In this document: piece after piece, positions 38,846 through 48,514 of the stretch
Layout of the letters: every line of letters starts with the position of its first letter
How positions within the stretch are numbered: the first letter of the stretch is position 1
From: Alphaproteobacteria bacterium
GTDB lineage: Bacteria; Pseudomonadota; Alphaproteobacteria; UBA8366; CAVOAK01
Direction: 5' to 3'
Length of the DNA: 64,000 nucleotides
Assembly (NCBI GenBank): GCA_963664465.2
Contig: CAXXSU010000009.1
Location: forward strand, 2,017 to 66,016
Notes under the pieces: model-generated
What the model saw: the letters and a program-made list of their open reading frames with translations, nothing else
What the model was told of the DNA's origin: nothing
The model's database searches: none
Translations under genes and position numbers: made by a program

Positions 38846-39142
38846 TCAGGAGCCCGCTGGCGCGGTCTTATCTGGCCGTAGGGCAGGCATTTGATTTTCG
38901 CGGGCTGCAAGTTTCTCGCGTGCGCGACGTCGCAAGCGTCTTCGTACGCCGTTGTACCACGCGGCGACGGCCCCGATCAGGAACCCGAGGACCAACGAGC
39001 CCAAAGCAATGAGGTAAACTGGAGAATCGATCACCAGTGGTAGCGGCCAAAGATGAACCTCGGCCAATTGCCGGTTAGAGACCGCGAACAGAACTGCCGC
39101 GAGTGTGACCGACAGCACGAGTACCCAACGTAGAAGCCGCAT
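38846..39142 (-). CDS. LapA/DUF1049 family inner-membrane protein
   Basis: 98 aa with two TM helices. It occupies the conserved position downstream of ihfB. Confidence 0.7.
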   Translation of the reverse strand: MRLLRWVLVLSVTLAAVLFAVSNRQLAEVHLWPLPLVIDSPVYLIALGSLVLGFLIGAVAAWYNGVRRRLRRRAREKLAARENQMPALRPDKTAPAGS

Positions 39143-39153
39143 AGGCAGGCCGA

Positions 39154-39435
39154 TCAGTTGGCGTTGATCAGCTCTCGCAGTTGCTTCCCGGTCTTGAAGA
39201 AGGGAATGACCTTCGGTGCGACTTGAACCGGTTCACCGGTTCGCGGATTTCGTCCAGTGCGCGCGCCGCGGTGTTTTACCGAAAAAGCACCAAATCCGCG
39301 AAGTTCAACCCGATCCCCACGGCCAAGCGCCGCAGCAACCTCATCAAATATTGTCGCCACGATACGCTCGACGTCCCGCTGATAGAGGTGGGGATTCCGC
39401 TCCGCAATTTTGAGTATGAGTTCCGATTTGGTCAT
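39154..39435 (-). CDS. ihfB: integration host factor subunit beta
   Basis: [26 protein letters not shown]...[28 protein letters not shown]. Confidence 0.95.
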   Translation of the reverse strand: MTKSELILKIAERNPHLYQRDVERIVATIFDEVAAALGRGDRVELRGFGAFSVKHRGARTGRNPRTGEPVQVAPKVIPFFKTGKQLRELINAN

Positions 39436-39661
39436 CTCGAAAACCTCTTCATCTCTTTGGGTGCTGATGGCGTAGCGGGCGAACGAGGGAACCAAGGATG
39501 CAACCCGAGACCAAGTTCCGAACCGTGCCAAACGGAACCTCAGCCGTCAAGGAAAAACCTCATTATTTCAATGGCCTGTGGTACGGCGCGATGTGTGGCG
39601 CCGCGAACTCAAGCTCATGATCGATTGATCGGGCGCGTTCTGGCGGTCAGGCGCATGGTGC

Positions 39662-41575
39662 CTATACGCTAGGCGAGTCCGATTCCTCCGCACCGTCCGG
39701 CTTCGCGCTGGCGTCGTCGTCCGCTGTCTCGGCCTTGACCGTTTCAGCGGCTTTGGCGCTCTTCTTGGTTTTCGTCTTGCTGGTCTTTGCTTTCGCTGTG
39801 GCCTTGGTCTTTTTCTCGTCCTTGGCTGCCTTCGCTGTTTTCTTCGGCGGCGCTTTGGCTTCTACCTCGGACGGCTCCGATTGATCGTCTGCTTCCCGCT
39901 TCGAGCGGATCGCCGCGCCGAGGATATCGCCGAGCGAAGCGCCTGAATCGGAGCTCCCATAATCGGCCAGGGCCTTTTTCTCTTCGTCTATCTCACGGGA
40001 TTTGATCGACAGATTGACCTTGCGGGTTGTGCGATCGACCGACGTTACTTTTGCATCGACCTTTTCGCCGACAGCGAAACGGTCCGGACGTTGTTCCGAA
40101 CGGTCCCGGGAGAGATCGGTCTTGCGGATGAATCCCGGGACATTTTCGTTCACCAAAACTTCGATGCCTTTGTCCAGAACCGTTGATACGGTGCAGGTTA
40201 CGACCTGCCCCTTCTTGAGTGTTTGGGTCTGTTCCATCGGATCGTCCGACAGCTGTTTGATGCCTAAACTAATGCGCTCCTTCTCAACGTCTACTTCGAG
40301 AATCTTTACCTTGACCGTATCGCCCTTCGTGAAGGCCGAAATAGCCTGCTCACCGGCCTGATCCCAAGCGATGTCCGACATGTGCACCATGCCGTCGATC
40401 TCTCCTGGCAGGCCGACAAATAGTCCGAACTCCGTGATATTCCTAATTTCGCCGTCGATCTCGCTGCCAGCCGGGTGATCGGCTAGGAAGGCTTGCCAAG
40501 GATTGGGGAAACATTGCTTAAGCCCGAGGCTGATGCGCCGCTTCTGCGGATCCACATCGAGCACCACGACTTCCACTTCCTGGCTCGTCGAAACGATCTT
40601 TCCCGGGTGCACGTTCTTCTTGGTCCAGCTCATCTCGGAGACATGAACCAAGCCTTCAACACCGGCCTCCAACTCGACGAACGCGCCATAGTCGGTGATA
40701 TTGGTCACGCGCCCGGTGAATCTCGTGCCGACTGGATACTTCGACTCAACCCCATCCCAGGGGTCCGCTTCCAATTGTTTCATACCGAGGCTGATGCGCT
40801 GCGTTTCCGAGTTGAATCGAATAACTTGGACATCAACCGTCTGGCCGATTTGAAGCGCTTCGCTTGGGTGGTTGATTCGCCGCCAGGCGATATCGGTGAC
40901 ATGCAGCAATCCGTCGACGCCGCCAAGGTCCACAAAGGCGCCATAGTCGGTAATATTCTTGACGACGCCGCTCAACACCTGCCGCTCCTTCAAGTTGGCA
41001 ATAAGCTCGGCGCGTTGCTCGGCCCGACTCTCTTCGAGCACCGCCCGGCGTGAGACCACAATGTTGCCCCGGCTGCGATCCATCTTGAGAATTTGAAATG
41101 GCTGCGGAGTGCCCATAAGCGGTGCCACGTCGCGCACCGGTCGTATATCGACTTGGCTGCCAGGCAAAAATGCCATGGCGCCTGAAAGATCGACCGTAAA
41201 TCCGCCCTTAACACGGCCAGAAATCATGCCGGTTACGTGCTCACTATCTTCAAATGCCTTTTCGAGCTGGGTCCAGGCTTCCTCGCGTCGCGCTTTTTCA
41301 CGCGAGAGCACCGCTTCGCCATTCTTGTTTTCCATTCGCTCGATGAAGACTTCAACGGTATCGCCAACGCTGATGTCAGGCTGCTCCCCCGGATCTGCAA
41401 ACTCCCTGACCTGCACACGGCCTTCAGATTTGAGGCCAACGTCGATCAGCGCATAGTCGCTGTCGACCGCGATAACGTTACCCTTGACGACGGTACCTTC
41501 TATCCCTTTGCCATCGCCGAAGGTCTCGTTGAGAAGCTCCGCAAAGCTCTCGTTGGAAGCGGCAGATTCAGCCAT
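39662..41575 (-). CDS. rpsA: 30S ribosomal protein S1 with a Lys/Ala/Thr-rich C-terminal extension
   Basis: It has six S1 motifs followed by an ~80-aa low-complexity tail (KKTAKAAKDEKKTKATAKAKTSKTKTKKSAKAAE...). Confidence 0.95.
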   Translation of the reverse strand: MAESAASNESFAELLNETFGDGKGIEGTVVKGNVIAVDSDYALIDVGLKSEGRVQVREFADPGEQPDISVGDTVEVFIERMENKNGEAVLSREKARREEAWTQLEKAFEDSEHVTGMISGRVKGGFTVDLSGAMAFLPGSQVDIRPVRDVAPLMGTPQPFQILKMDRSRGNIVVSRRAVLEESRAEQRAELIANLKERQVLSGVVKNITDYGAFVDLGGVDGLLHVTDIAWRRINHPSEALQIGQTVDVQVIRFNSETQRISLGMKQLEADPWDGVESKYPVGTRFTGRVTNITDYGAFVELEAGVEGLVHVSEMSWTKKNVHPGKIVSTSQEVEVVVLDVDPQKRRISLGLKQCFPNPWQAFLADHPAGSEIDGEIRNITEFGLFVGLPGEIDGMVHMSDIAWDQAGEQAISAFTKGDTVKVKILEVDVEKERISLGIKQLSDDPMEQTQTLKKGQVVTCTVSTVLDKGIEVLVNENVPGFIRKTDLSRDRSEQRPDRFAVGEKVDAKVTSVDRTTRKVNLSIKSREIDEEKKALADYGSSDSGASLGDILGAAIRSKREADDQSEPSEVEAKAPPKKTAKAAKDEKKTKATAKAKTSKTKTKKSAKAAETVKAETADDDASAKPDGAEESDSPSV

Positions 41576-41692
41576 GTTTCGTTAGTGTCCCTTTGTAAGT
41601 ATCAATGTCTGCCAGCCGGTTGTCTCCGGCGGTCTTCGCCAAGTTTCCAAATGCACCCGCCGTACCGCGCCTTCAATAATTAGTTTTCAGGC

Positions 41693-42361
41693 TTAGGTCC
41701 GTTGAGTGGTCTTGCTGGACGCTTCGGATGCGAGATGCGCTTCGATATATGCCACCGCAGCGGCAAAAACTGCATCCACACCAAGAGCCGCGTCGTCCAG
41801 CAGAAATGCATCGTCAGCTGGTCTGAGCGGCGCAACCGCGCGGGTTGAGTCTCGCACATCGCGCTCGCCCATACCCCGCAAGACGCGCGCATATATACTG
41901 GTCTCTCCACGTTCTAGCAACTCTTTATGGCGCCGCCTTGCCCTGGTTTCGAGGTCGGCGGTGACGAAGAATTTTATCTCGGCGTCAGGACAGATGACCG
42001 TGCCGATATCGCGTCCGTCAAGTACGGCGCCGCCGGTGCCGTCGGGTGGGTTCGCGGCGAAATTTCTCTGGAACTGTCTAAGCGAGGCGCGTGCATCCTC
42101 AATAGCGGCCACCCTGGATGCTGCCTCCGCCGCTTGATCGCCGGTAATGTCTGGATCGTCTAGGTCAGATTGCGCCAGTGACTCTGCCGCATCGCGCGCT
42201 TGTTGAGGGTCGCTTGGGTCGCCGTTCGCACGCATGATCTTGAGTCCGATGGCGCGGTAGAGCTTGCCGGTATCGAGATAGGCGAGGTCGTAATGATCGG
42301 CGAGTCGGCGGCCGAGGGTTCCTTTGCCCGCTGCTGCCGGTCCGTCGATCGCAATGATCAC
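41693..42361 (-). CDS. cmk: (d)CMP kinase
   Basis: MIIAIDGPAAAGKGTLGRRLA...LDGRDIGT. Confidence 0.95.
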   Translation of the reverse strand: MIIAIDGPAAAGKGTLGRRLADHYDLAYLDTGKLYRAIGLKIMRANGDPSDPQQARDAAESLAQSDLDDPDITGDQAAEAASRVAAIEDARASLRQFQRNFAANPPDGTGGAVLDGRDIGTVICPDAEIKFFVTADLETRARRRHKELLERGETSIYARVLRGMGERDVRDSTRAVAPLRPADDAFLLDDAALGVDAVFAAAVAYIEAHLASEASSKTTQRT

Positions 42362-43860
42362 GAATTGCGCTCGCTGGAAGAGTCATCAGGCGTTTGCTGT
42401 GTGTTTGCGCCGCCGATCTTTGCCCCAATTCCGTTCATCAAGTCCATGAAATCCGGAAAGCTGGTGGCAATCGCGGCGCCATCGTCGACCGTGACGGGGG
42501 TCGCGGCCGAAATGCCATGGACGAGAAAGCTCATGGCGATGCGATGATCGAATTGGGAGCGCACATGCCCGCCAGTTTGCGTGTTACTTCCGATCCCTTG
42601 GATCTTCAACGTGTCTTCGCCGGCCTCCGCCGTAACGCCGCAACATGCCAATCCCTCCGCCGTCGCTGTCAATCGGTCACTTTCCTTGACTTTGAGCTCC
42701 GCCAGCCCGTGCATGATTGATGTGCCATCGGCGCGGGCCGCGGCAATAGCCAGCACCGGAAACTCATCGATCATTGAGGGGGCACGAATCGCCGGCACCT
42801 CGACGCCGTGAAGCGCAGAGCTTAGCACAGTAAGGTCTGCAACGGGCTCGCCTGCAAGCATACGTTCATTGCTAAACTCGATAGCGGCGCCCATTTCAAG
42901 GAGCGTCGTAAGCAGGCCTGTGCGCTCTGGATTGACACCGATATTGCGGAGAGTGAGTTCGGATCCTGGAGTAATCAGCGCCGCCACCAGCGGAAAGGCA
43001 GCGGAGCTGAAATCACCTGGAATATCGACCTCAGCTGCCTGCAATTCGGGCTGTCCCGTCAACGCGATCTCACGACCATTGTCGTTCTCCGTCACTCTTA
43101 TATCCGCGCCGAAATGCTGCAGCATGCGCTCAGTATGATCGCGCGTCGCTTGGGCCTCAATAACCGTTGTCGTGCCTGGCGAGTTCAGGCCGGCCAGGAG
43201 CACCGCAGATTTGACCTGCGCGGAGGCAACCGATGGGCGGTAGGTTATTGGCAACGGCTCGTCGGTGCCGTGAACTGCTAACGGGAGCCGTCCGTTATCT
43301 CGAGTAATGAACCGTGCGCCAATTCGCGAAAGCGGTTCGATTACACGGTCCATGGGTCGCTGCCGCAAAGAGGCATCGCCGGTTACGAACGCGGAAAGCG
43401 AATGGCTTGCAAGGACGCCTAGAAGCAGGCGTGCGCCTGTTCCCGAGTTACCCATATCGAGCAGATCGTCGGGCTCTGCAAGCCCGCCCACGCCAACTCC
43501 GTCGACGATCCATGTCGCATCGTCCTGCCGAGAAATTCGGGCGCCAAGCGTGCGCATCGCCGACACCGTGCCCAATACGTCGTCTCCCTCAAGGAGTCCA
43601 CGGATGACGCTGCGTCCGACCGCCAGCGTGGCGATAATCAACGCGCGATGCGAGATCGATTTGTCGCCAGGTATGGCGATATCGCCGGCGAGCGGTCCCG
43701 CGGGTATGGACGTAAGCGGTAGCACGTGACGATCCCGGTTCGTCGTGAGAAGGTTGAAAGTAGCCTCGGCCGCCGTGTCTAGCACAGAGTGAGGTGGTGC
43801 CGGTAGCGTTCGCATTGCCGCCGAAGCGCGCGTGCCCAACGTCGAAATCGCGTGCGGCAC
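42358..43860 (-). CDS. aroA: 3-phosphoshikimate 1-carboxyvinyltransferase
   Basis: IPGDKSISHRALI...LGNSGTGARLL...DHRIAMSF. The true start is probably internal (ATG 43815 or GTG 43725). Confidence 0.93.
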   Translation of the reverse strand: MPHAISTLGTRASAAMRTLPAPPHSVLDTAAEATFNLLTTNRDRHVLPLTSIPAGPLAGDIAIPGDKSISHRALIIATLAVGRSVIRGLLEGDDVLGTVSAMRTLGARISRQDDATWIVDGVGVGGLAEPDDLLDMGNSGTGARLLLGVLASHSLSAFVTGDASLRQRPMDRVIEPLSRIGARFITRDNGRLPLAVHGTDEPLPITYRPSVASAQVKSAVLLAGLNSPGTTTVIEAQATRDHTERMLQHFGADIRVTENDNGREIALTGQPELQAAEVDIPGDFSSAAFPLVAALITPGSELTLRNIGVNPERTGLLTTLLEMGAAIEFSNERMLAGEPVADLTVLSSALHGVEVPAIRAPSMIDEFPVLAIAAARADGTSIMHGLAELKVKESDRLTATAEGLACCGVTAEAGEDTLKIQGIGSNTQTGGHVRSQFDHRIAMSFLVHGISAATPVTVDDGAAIATSFPDFMDLMNGIGAKIGGANTQQTPDDSSSERNS

Positions 43861-43959
43861 AATGACGGCAATACATTCATGAAAATTATGCCTTTGACAT
43901 CTTATGCGAGTTCATGGCAATTGCCGTCGCTCAATCGATGCCGTCCAAGGAGGTTGCTT

Positions 43960-44235
43960 TTGGCAAATCCTGAGTGGGGTATAAAGCGCGTTTGCCAGAG
44001 CTGCGATGTCCGGTTCTATGACTTGCAGCGTGACCCGATCATCTGTCCGAGCTGTGGCACTAAGTTTGATCCAGAGTCCGTATTGCGCTCACGCCGCAAC
44101 CGGGCCGCCGCTCCGGCGTCCGCAGCTGCCGCCGCGTCCAAGAAAATAGAGGTTGAAGTTGAGGCCGAGACAGAGGCCGAGAAAGAGACCGAGACAGAGG
44201 CCGAGGCCGAGGCCGAGGATGTTGGACCCTGCTGA
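43960..44235 (+). CDS. TIGR02300-family zinc-ribbon protein with an acidic tail; its 3' end is supplied by an IS3 fragment
   Basis: AAGGAGG then TTG 43960 gives (M)ANPEWGIKRVCQSCDVRFYDLQRDPIICPSCGTKFDPE...EVEVEAETEAEKETETEAEAEAED. The last codons GGA CCC TGC TGA belong to the IS3 terminal repeat. Confidence 0.8.
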   Translation: MANPEWGIKRVCQSCDVRFYDLQRDPIICPSCGTKFDPESVLRSRRNRAAAPASAAAAASKKIEVEVEAETEAEKETETEAEAEAEDVGPC

Positions 44236-44329
44236 CGAAAGTGGAGACGTCCTGCGATAGGATTTTGATCGCAGGAGGTGCAAATGTCGAAGCAGAATGG
44301 GAACAAGGGCCGGCGGTTTGATCGGGCCT
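44223..44329 (+). mobile_element. solo IS3 end (107 bp: terminal repeat plus the first 14 codons of orfA)
   Basis: 44223-44329 is identical to the reverse complement of 4947-5053 (TGGACCCTGCTGACGAAAGTGGAGACG...ATGTCGAAGCAGAATGGGAACAAGGGCCGGCGGTTTGATCGGGCCT). Identity ends abruptly after that. Confidence 0.9.
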
Positions 44330-44489
44330 AAGGGTGGAGTTGAGGAAGACGCCTAGCCGTTATTGGACCGCGTCACAGGGCTAAACGCGACGTAATGACA
44401 CCGGGGCGGTGACGGTGCATCGGTTCCACAGCGCTGGGGATTGGAGCATCTTGTTGCCGCATCCGGTGTTCGAATTCAGCATTTGGTGA

Positions 44490-44565
<76 letters not shown>

Positions 44566-44661
44566 ATTTTTCGCGGCTGACTCAAATCTCCAAACATGCG
44601 ACGCAGCCCTGGCCCACTTGAGCATGTGGAGCATGTCGCACCTCACTGATTGGCACCCGGC

Positions 44662-45279
44662 ATGATCGAGCTCTATACCTGGAAGACATCGAACGGCCGC
44701 AAAGCCTCCATCATGGTGGAGGAATGCGGGCTGCCCTACAATCTGCATCCAATCGACATTTCCAAGGGCGACCAGTTCACGCCTGATTACGTAAAGATAA
44801 ATCCGAACGCCAAGATTCCAGCGATTGTCGACACCGAAGGTCCGAACGGTGGCCCCTATACCATCATCGAGTCGGGCGCAATTCTCATGTATCTCGCAGA
44901 GAAGACCGGCAGGTTCATGCCGCAGGGGATGGCAGCGCGCTATGAAGTCATCCAATGGCTGATGTTTCAGATGGGCGGCATCGGGCCGATCTTCGGCCAA
45001 GTTCATCATTTCAAACGCGCTGCCAAGGAGCCCGTGCCCTACGCGATCGAGCGCTATTTGACTGAGTGCCTGCGGCTCTACGGCGTGCTGGACCAGCGCC
45101 TCGCAGGCCGGGGCTATTTGGCCGGCGACTTGTCGATTGCGGATTTCGCCACGCTGCCTTGGGTCTATCGACACGTCTGGCAGGAGGTCGATCTCGCGCA
45201 GTTCTCCAACGTCAAACGCTGGTACGACGTCCTGATGGCGCGACCGGCGCTGCAGCGCGGTATGGAAATCCCAGCCTAA
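44662..45279 (+). CDS. glutathione S-transferase family protein (YfcG/YghU-like)
   Basis: MIELYTWKTSNGRKASIMVEECGLPY...INPNAKIPAIVD...ESGAILMYLAEK. Confidence 0.85.
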   Translation: MIELYTWKTSNGRKASIMVEECGLPYNLHPIDISKGDQFTPDYVKINPNAKIPAIVDTEGPNGGPYTIIESGAILMYLAEKTGRFMPQGMAARYEVIQWLMFQMGGIGPIFGQVHHFKRAAKEPVPYAIERYLTECLRLYGVLDQRLAGRGYLAGDLSIADFATLPWVYRHVWQEVDLAQFSNVKRWYDVLMARPALQRGMEIPA

Positions 45280-45364
45280 TGCGTAGCGGGGCTTCGGCGG
45301 CAGTTGCGCCGATGCCGACAGCTCGCGTTAGGGTCGAGCCGTTGCTCCATAAACGTCGAAGCGG

Positions 45365-46342
45365 CTACTGCAGACTCGGCGACTTGAGATAGTCGTAGCG
45401 GCTCGCCGAGGTAACCCGGATTTCCATCCGATCTCCATCGCGCAGGACGGTTAACGGTATCTCGGTGCCGGCACTCCCTAATCCCCAAATCGTCCGATAC
45501 ATTGTGCCGAGCTCGCTGACGGCGTGGCCATGGACGGCGACCACCATGTCACCGACCTGCAGATCTGCATGCTCTGCCGGACCATCATCCACCAGGCCAG
45601 CCACTATGAGCTTGTCTTCGGCCTCGGCGGTGAGCATGCCAAGCCAGGGTCGTGGCGGCTTGTCGATTCTGCCCAGCGTCAACATATCGTCGAGGATCGG
45701 CTTCAGGAGGTCGATTGGGACAACCATATTGCCGTCAGCCGCGGCTCGTTCGGGAATAGAAAGTTGCACAAAGAGCGACCCAATGCCCTGTAGCCGCCCC
45801 GCACTGTCGATCAGGCCCGTACCGCCCCAATGCGAGTGTGGTGGTGCGATAAATATGGCCTCGTCGATTAGATATTCCCAGTAACCCGCAAACTCGCGGA
45901 TCGAGATCACGCGCGAACCGACCGAATTCTCGCGTCCACCATGTCCGGCGAGAATGACCGGGTCACCTTCGTGCAGATCGCTGGAATTGCCGAATTCCAA
46001 AGACGGCAAGTCAAGCCGTTGCAGCGCTTGCACCAGCCCAAATCCTGTCTCCTGGTCGTAACCGACGACATGGGCGCTTGTGGCCTGCCCCTTGTGATCG
46101 ATCAACCAGATGCCGTCCGCTTCCGATATCAGGTAGCCGATGGTCAGCACTAGTCCATCATCTCTGATGACGACGCCATGGCCAGCCCGTTCGGTCCCCA
46201 GCATCGACGCGGTCATGGCATCGTCGGGGATGTGCGCGCGGACAGCAACGATCGAATGCAGTGCATGTTCGAGGTCAAAAGATACGTCTTCCGGCTTTGG
46301 TGCCGGTCCGACTGGCCTATTGCTGGAGAATGAGTCCGTCAT
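45365..46342 (-). CDS. trypsin-fold (S1C-like) plus PDZ domain protein, no signal peptide
   Basis: 325 aa. By eye the collinear DegP/HtrA pattern is present (GHGVVIRDDGLVLT...VVGYDQETGFGLV...EGDPVILAGHG...IGS), with a C-terminal PDZ-like domain (GLVDDGPAEHADLQVGDMVVAV). Confidence 0.65.
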   Translation of the reverse strand: MTDSFSSNRPVGPAPKPEDVSFDLEHALHSIVAVRAHIPDDAMTASMLGTERAGHGVVIRDDGLVLTIGYLISEADGIWLIDHKGQATSAHVVGYDQETGFGLVQALQRLDLPSLEFGNSSDLHEGDPVILAGHGGRENSVGSRVISIREFAGYWEYLIDEAIFIAPPHSHWGGTGLIDSAGRLQGIGSLFVQLSIPERAAADGNMVVPIDLLKPILDDMLTLGRIDKPPRPWLGMLTAEAEDKLIVAGLVDDGPAEHADLQVGDMVVAVHGHAVSELGTMYRTIWGLGSAGTEIPLTVLRDGDRMEIRVTSASRYDYLKSPSLQ

Positions 46343-46540
46343 ATCCGCTCCCGCGGTTCATAGGCGATTTGGCGGCGCGGCTCCGGCAAGTGTCGTGCTT
46401 TCCAGAAGCCGTCCAAACGGAGAAATGCAATGACGCAATCACACTTCAAGCGCGTATGCACGGAATGTCCGGCCGATTTTCGATCCAAATTGGGGTCAAA
46501 GATCGGCGGGAGACATAACCGAGCAGTGTCTTTACGGACG

Positions 46541-47350
46541 CTAAAACAGTAGCAGCGACTTCCAGTATTCCCGGTTCGTCGTCGACTGTAACCGGCCGTG
46601 TCTAATTTCCAGGCAACTGCGGAACGAAAGCGATTTCATCGAACGACCTGTAATTTCTTTGCAGTTCTCAAATGTCGCGCGGGCAAGCTCCTTGCCTGCT
46701 TCGCTGAAGCCGATGATCCCGCGCTTGTCCAGAACGTCCGTCCAGGCGGATTCGCCATTCGCGACCTCAACATTTCCACGCTTAGGCAGATTGTTGATCA
46801 ACATCGCTGTAATTGCCGTGCGCTCGGCGTGGAATCCCTTATCGAAATATTGCTCTGCGGCAGCGCGATAGGGTCCAGTGGCAAACGCAAGTTCCTCGGC
46901 GCTTTGCGGAAAAAGATCGCCCGGCTGCTCTTCCGGTATCAGCGAGGTCAGCGCGCCAATCTGAATTGCGACACTCTCGGCATTGAGTTCGTCAAGTTTG
47001 CGCTGCTCTAGTTTGGCAATCACCGCGGTATGATTGCGTGCGTAAAACTCGACATAGTCGCGCCCGGGCAGCGTCAACGTCCGACCGTCTTTGGTGCTGA
47101 CGAGAAGGGTGATCACACTGGTTTCGGTTGGCAGGTAGGCAATGCCGTCTTCTGGCTGCGGCCGATTTTCTTGAAGGCAGAAGGCCGTCAGAAAAGCTGT
47201 GCAGAGTCCGTCTTCACAATGAAGCGGCATCGGCTCCGGTGTTGCAGCCAGTCCAAGCGCCTGCGGCGCTGCTGACGCAGTTGCCAGCGGCAGGACAAAT
47301 AAGGCCGCAAAGATTGTTCCAAGCAAAACCGAGGCTGAGCGTTTCCACAT
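46541..47350 (-). CDS. hypothetical exported protein
   Basis: The start is set at MWKRSASVLLGTIFAALFVLPLATASA (a signal peptide). It contains 6 Cys. No family recognised. Confidence 0.55.
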   Translation of the reverse strand: MWKRSASVLLGTIFAALFVLPLATASAAPQALGLAATPEPMPLHCEDGLCTAFLTAFCLQENRPQPEDGIAYLPTETSVITLLVSTKDGRTLTLPGRDYVEFYARNHTAVIAKLEQRKLDELNAESVAIQIGALTSLIPEEQPGDLFPQSAEELAFATGPYRAAAEQYFDKGFHAERTAITAMLINNLPKRGNVEVANGESAWTDVLDKRGIIGFSEAGKELARATFENCKEITGRSMKSLSFRSCLEIRHGRLQSTTNREYWKSLLLF

Positions 47351-47732
47351 ACGTGTTTCCTCCAGTTTGCCGGCACGGCTTTTGAAGGACGCGCCGACAG
47401 TGGTTGCCGGACAAATTCGTGCAGAAACAGCATCGCACCAAGGTTGGCGATCGTCAATTCTTCGCGCCGCTCTTCGCGCCGCCTGACGCTCGAATAACCT
47501 GCTTGAGGCTCGAAAATGAATGTCCGCGAGGCAACCTGATCGTCGTCTGCCGGCGGCGCATAAGTTTGTCGACAAGAATTCGGAGAAAACGACCGGAAAT
47601 CATTCACTTGTACGGGGGTTGTGCAGTTCCCACATAGTTTATGGAAGGGATGTGTCCCTTTCGGAGGCCAAGTGCTGCTGGGCAGGCTTGGCAGAGAGTT
47701 GCGGCGTGCTCATGAAAGGAGGCGACCGAACC

Positions 47733-48218
47733 ATGGCGCGAGCATCGCTTTTCAACAGTCCGTTATTGTTGGGCTTCGAGCATTTCGAAGACATCGTCGA
47801 CCAGATCACCAAGAAGTCGGCTGACGGCTATCCGCCATACAATATCGAACAGATTCCTGACGGACGATTGCGCATCACATTGGCTGTCGCCGGATTTTCC
47901 GAAGGCGACCTTTCGATCGAGGTGAGGAACAATCAGCTCGAAGTGAGTGGTGGGCATGCCGGCGATCAAGACGCCAGCAGGGTATTCCTACACAGGGGTA
48001 TTGCCGCGCGTCAGTTCCGACGTGCCTTTGTTTTGGCTGATGGAATTGAGGTAGACAGTGCTGAGTTGACCAACGGTCTTCTCAACATCGATTTGGTGCG
48101 GCCCGAGCCCAAAGCGCGCGTGCGCAAGGTGGCAATCAAAGCGGCCGGCGGACGCCAGTCGAGTCGGATCTCAGTCGATCCGCGCGCAGATCACAGCACA
48201 GACAAGTCTGACGATTAA
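47733..48218 (+). CDS. Hsp20/IbpA-family small heat-shock protein
   Basis: MARASLFNSPLLLGFEHFE...YPPYNIEQ...LRITLAVAGF...GIAARQFRRAFVLADGIEV...NGLLNIDL. Confidence 0.92.
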   Translation: MARASLFNSPLLLGFEHFEDIVDQITKKSADGYPPYNIEQIPDGRLRITLAVAGFSEGDLSIEVRNNQLEVSGGHAGDQDASRVFLHRGIAARQFRRAFVLADGIEVDSAELTNGLLNIDLVRPEPKARVRKVAIKAAGGRQSSRISVDPRADHSTDKSDD

Positions 48219-48228
48219 GGAGGCTGCC

Positions 48229-48444
48229 ATGATCGATAGGAAAAAACTCCGCGAAATGACGAGCCAGGAATTCTGTTTGCTTGGCGCCGACGAGTTGGCG
48301 TACGTCAGGCCAATCGTTTTCAAGGACATGCCATGCTATCTCTTCAGCACCGCCGATGGTCGTCAACTGGGGATTGCCGAGGATTATGTCAGCGCGGTGA
48401 TGGCCGTCCGCCAGCACGACCTTTATCCGGTGAGTGTGCACTGA
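48229..48444 (+). CDS. DUF1150 family protein
   Basis: 71 aa, ...LAYVRPI...YLFSTADGRQLGIAED... This is the usual partner gene downstream of hsp20 in alphaproteobacteria. Confidence 0.75.
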   Translation: MIDRKKLREMTSQEFCLLGADELAYVRPIVFKDMPCYLFSTADGRQLGIAEDYVSAVMAVRQHDLYPVSVH

Positions 48445-48514
48445 GCGGCACGGAGAATTCGCGCGCTAAATCTGGCAATGTTCGGGAGAGGCTTGGCGCC
48501 TCGCGGCTTTTGTC

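Noticed and set aside
44149-44220. Short tandem GAGGCC/GAGACA repeats (and GCCGAT x3 at about 63893-63912) as possible CRISPR or VNTR arrays
   Set aside because: They are in-frame codon repeats encoding acidic low-complexity tails (EAEAEAE in the first, DADADA in the second) inside ORFs. They have no spacer structure. No CRISPR array is present in the window.
47351-47732. Sigma-32-type promoter and ROSE-like RNA thermometer upstream of hsp20
   Set aside because: CTTGTAC (47607-) followed 15 nt later by CCCACATA (47629-) resembles a heat-shock promoter only loosely. The ~90-nt leader has a hairpin (GGAAGGGA-tgtg-TCCCTTTC), but I found no convincing anti-SD pairing with GAAAGGAGG. The evidence is too weak to call.
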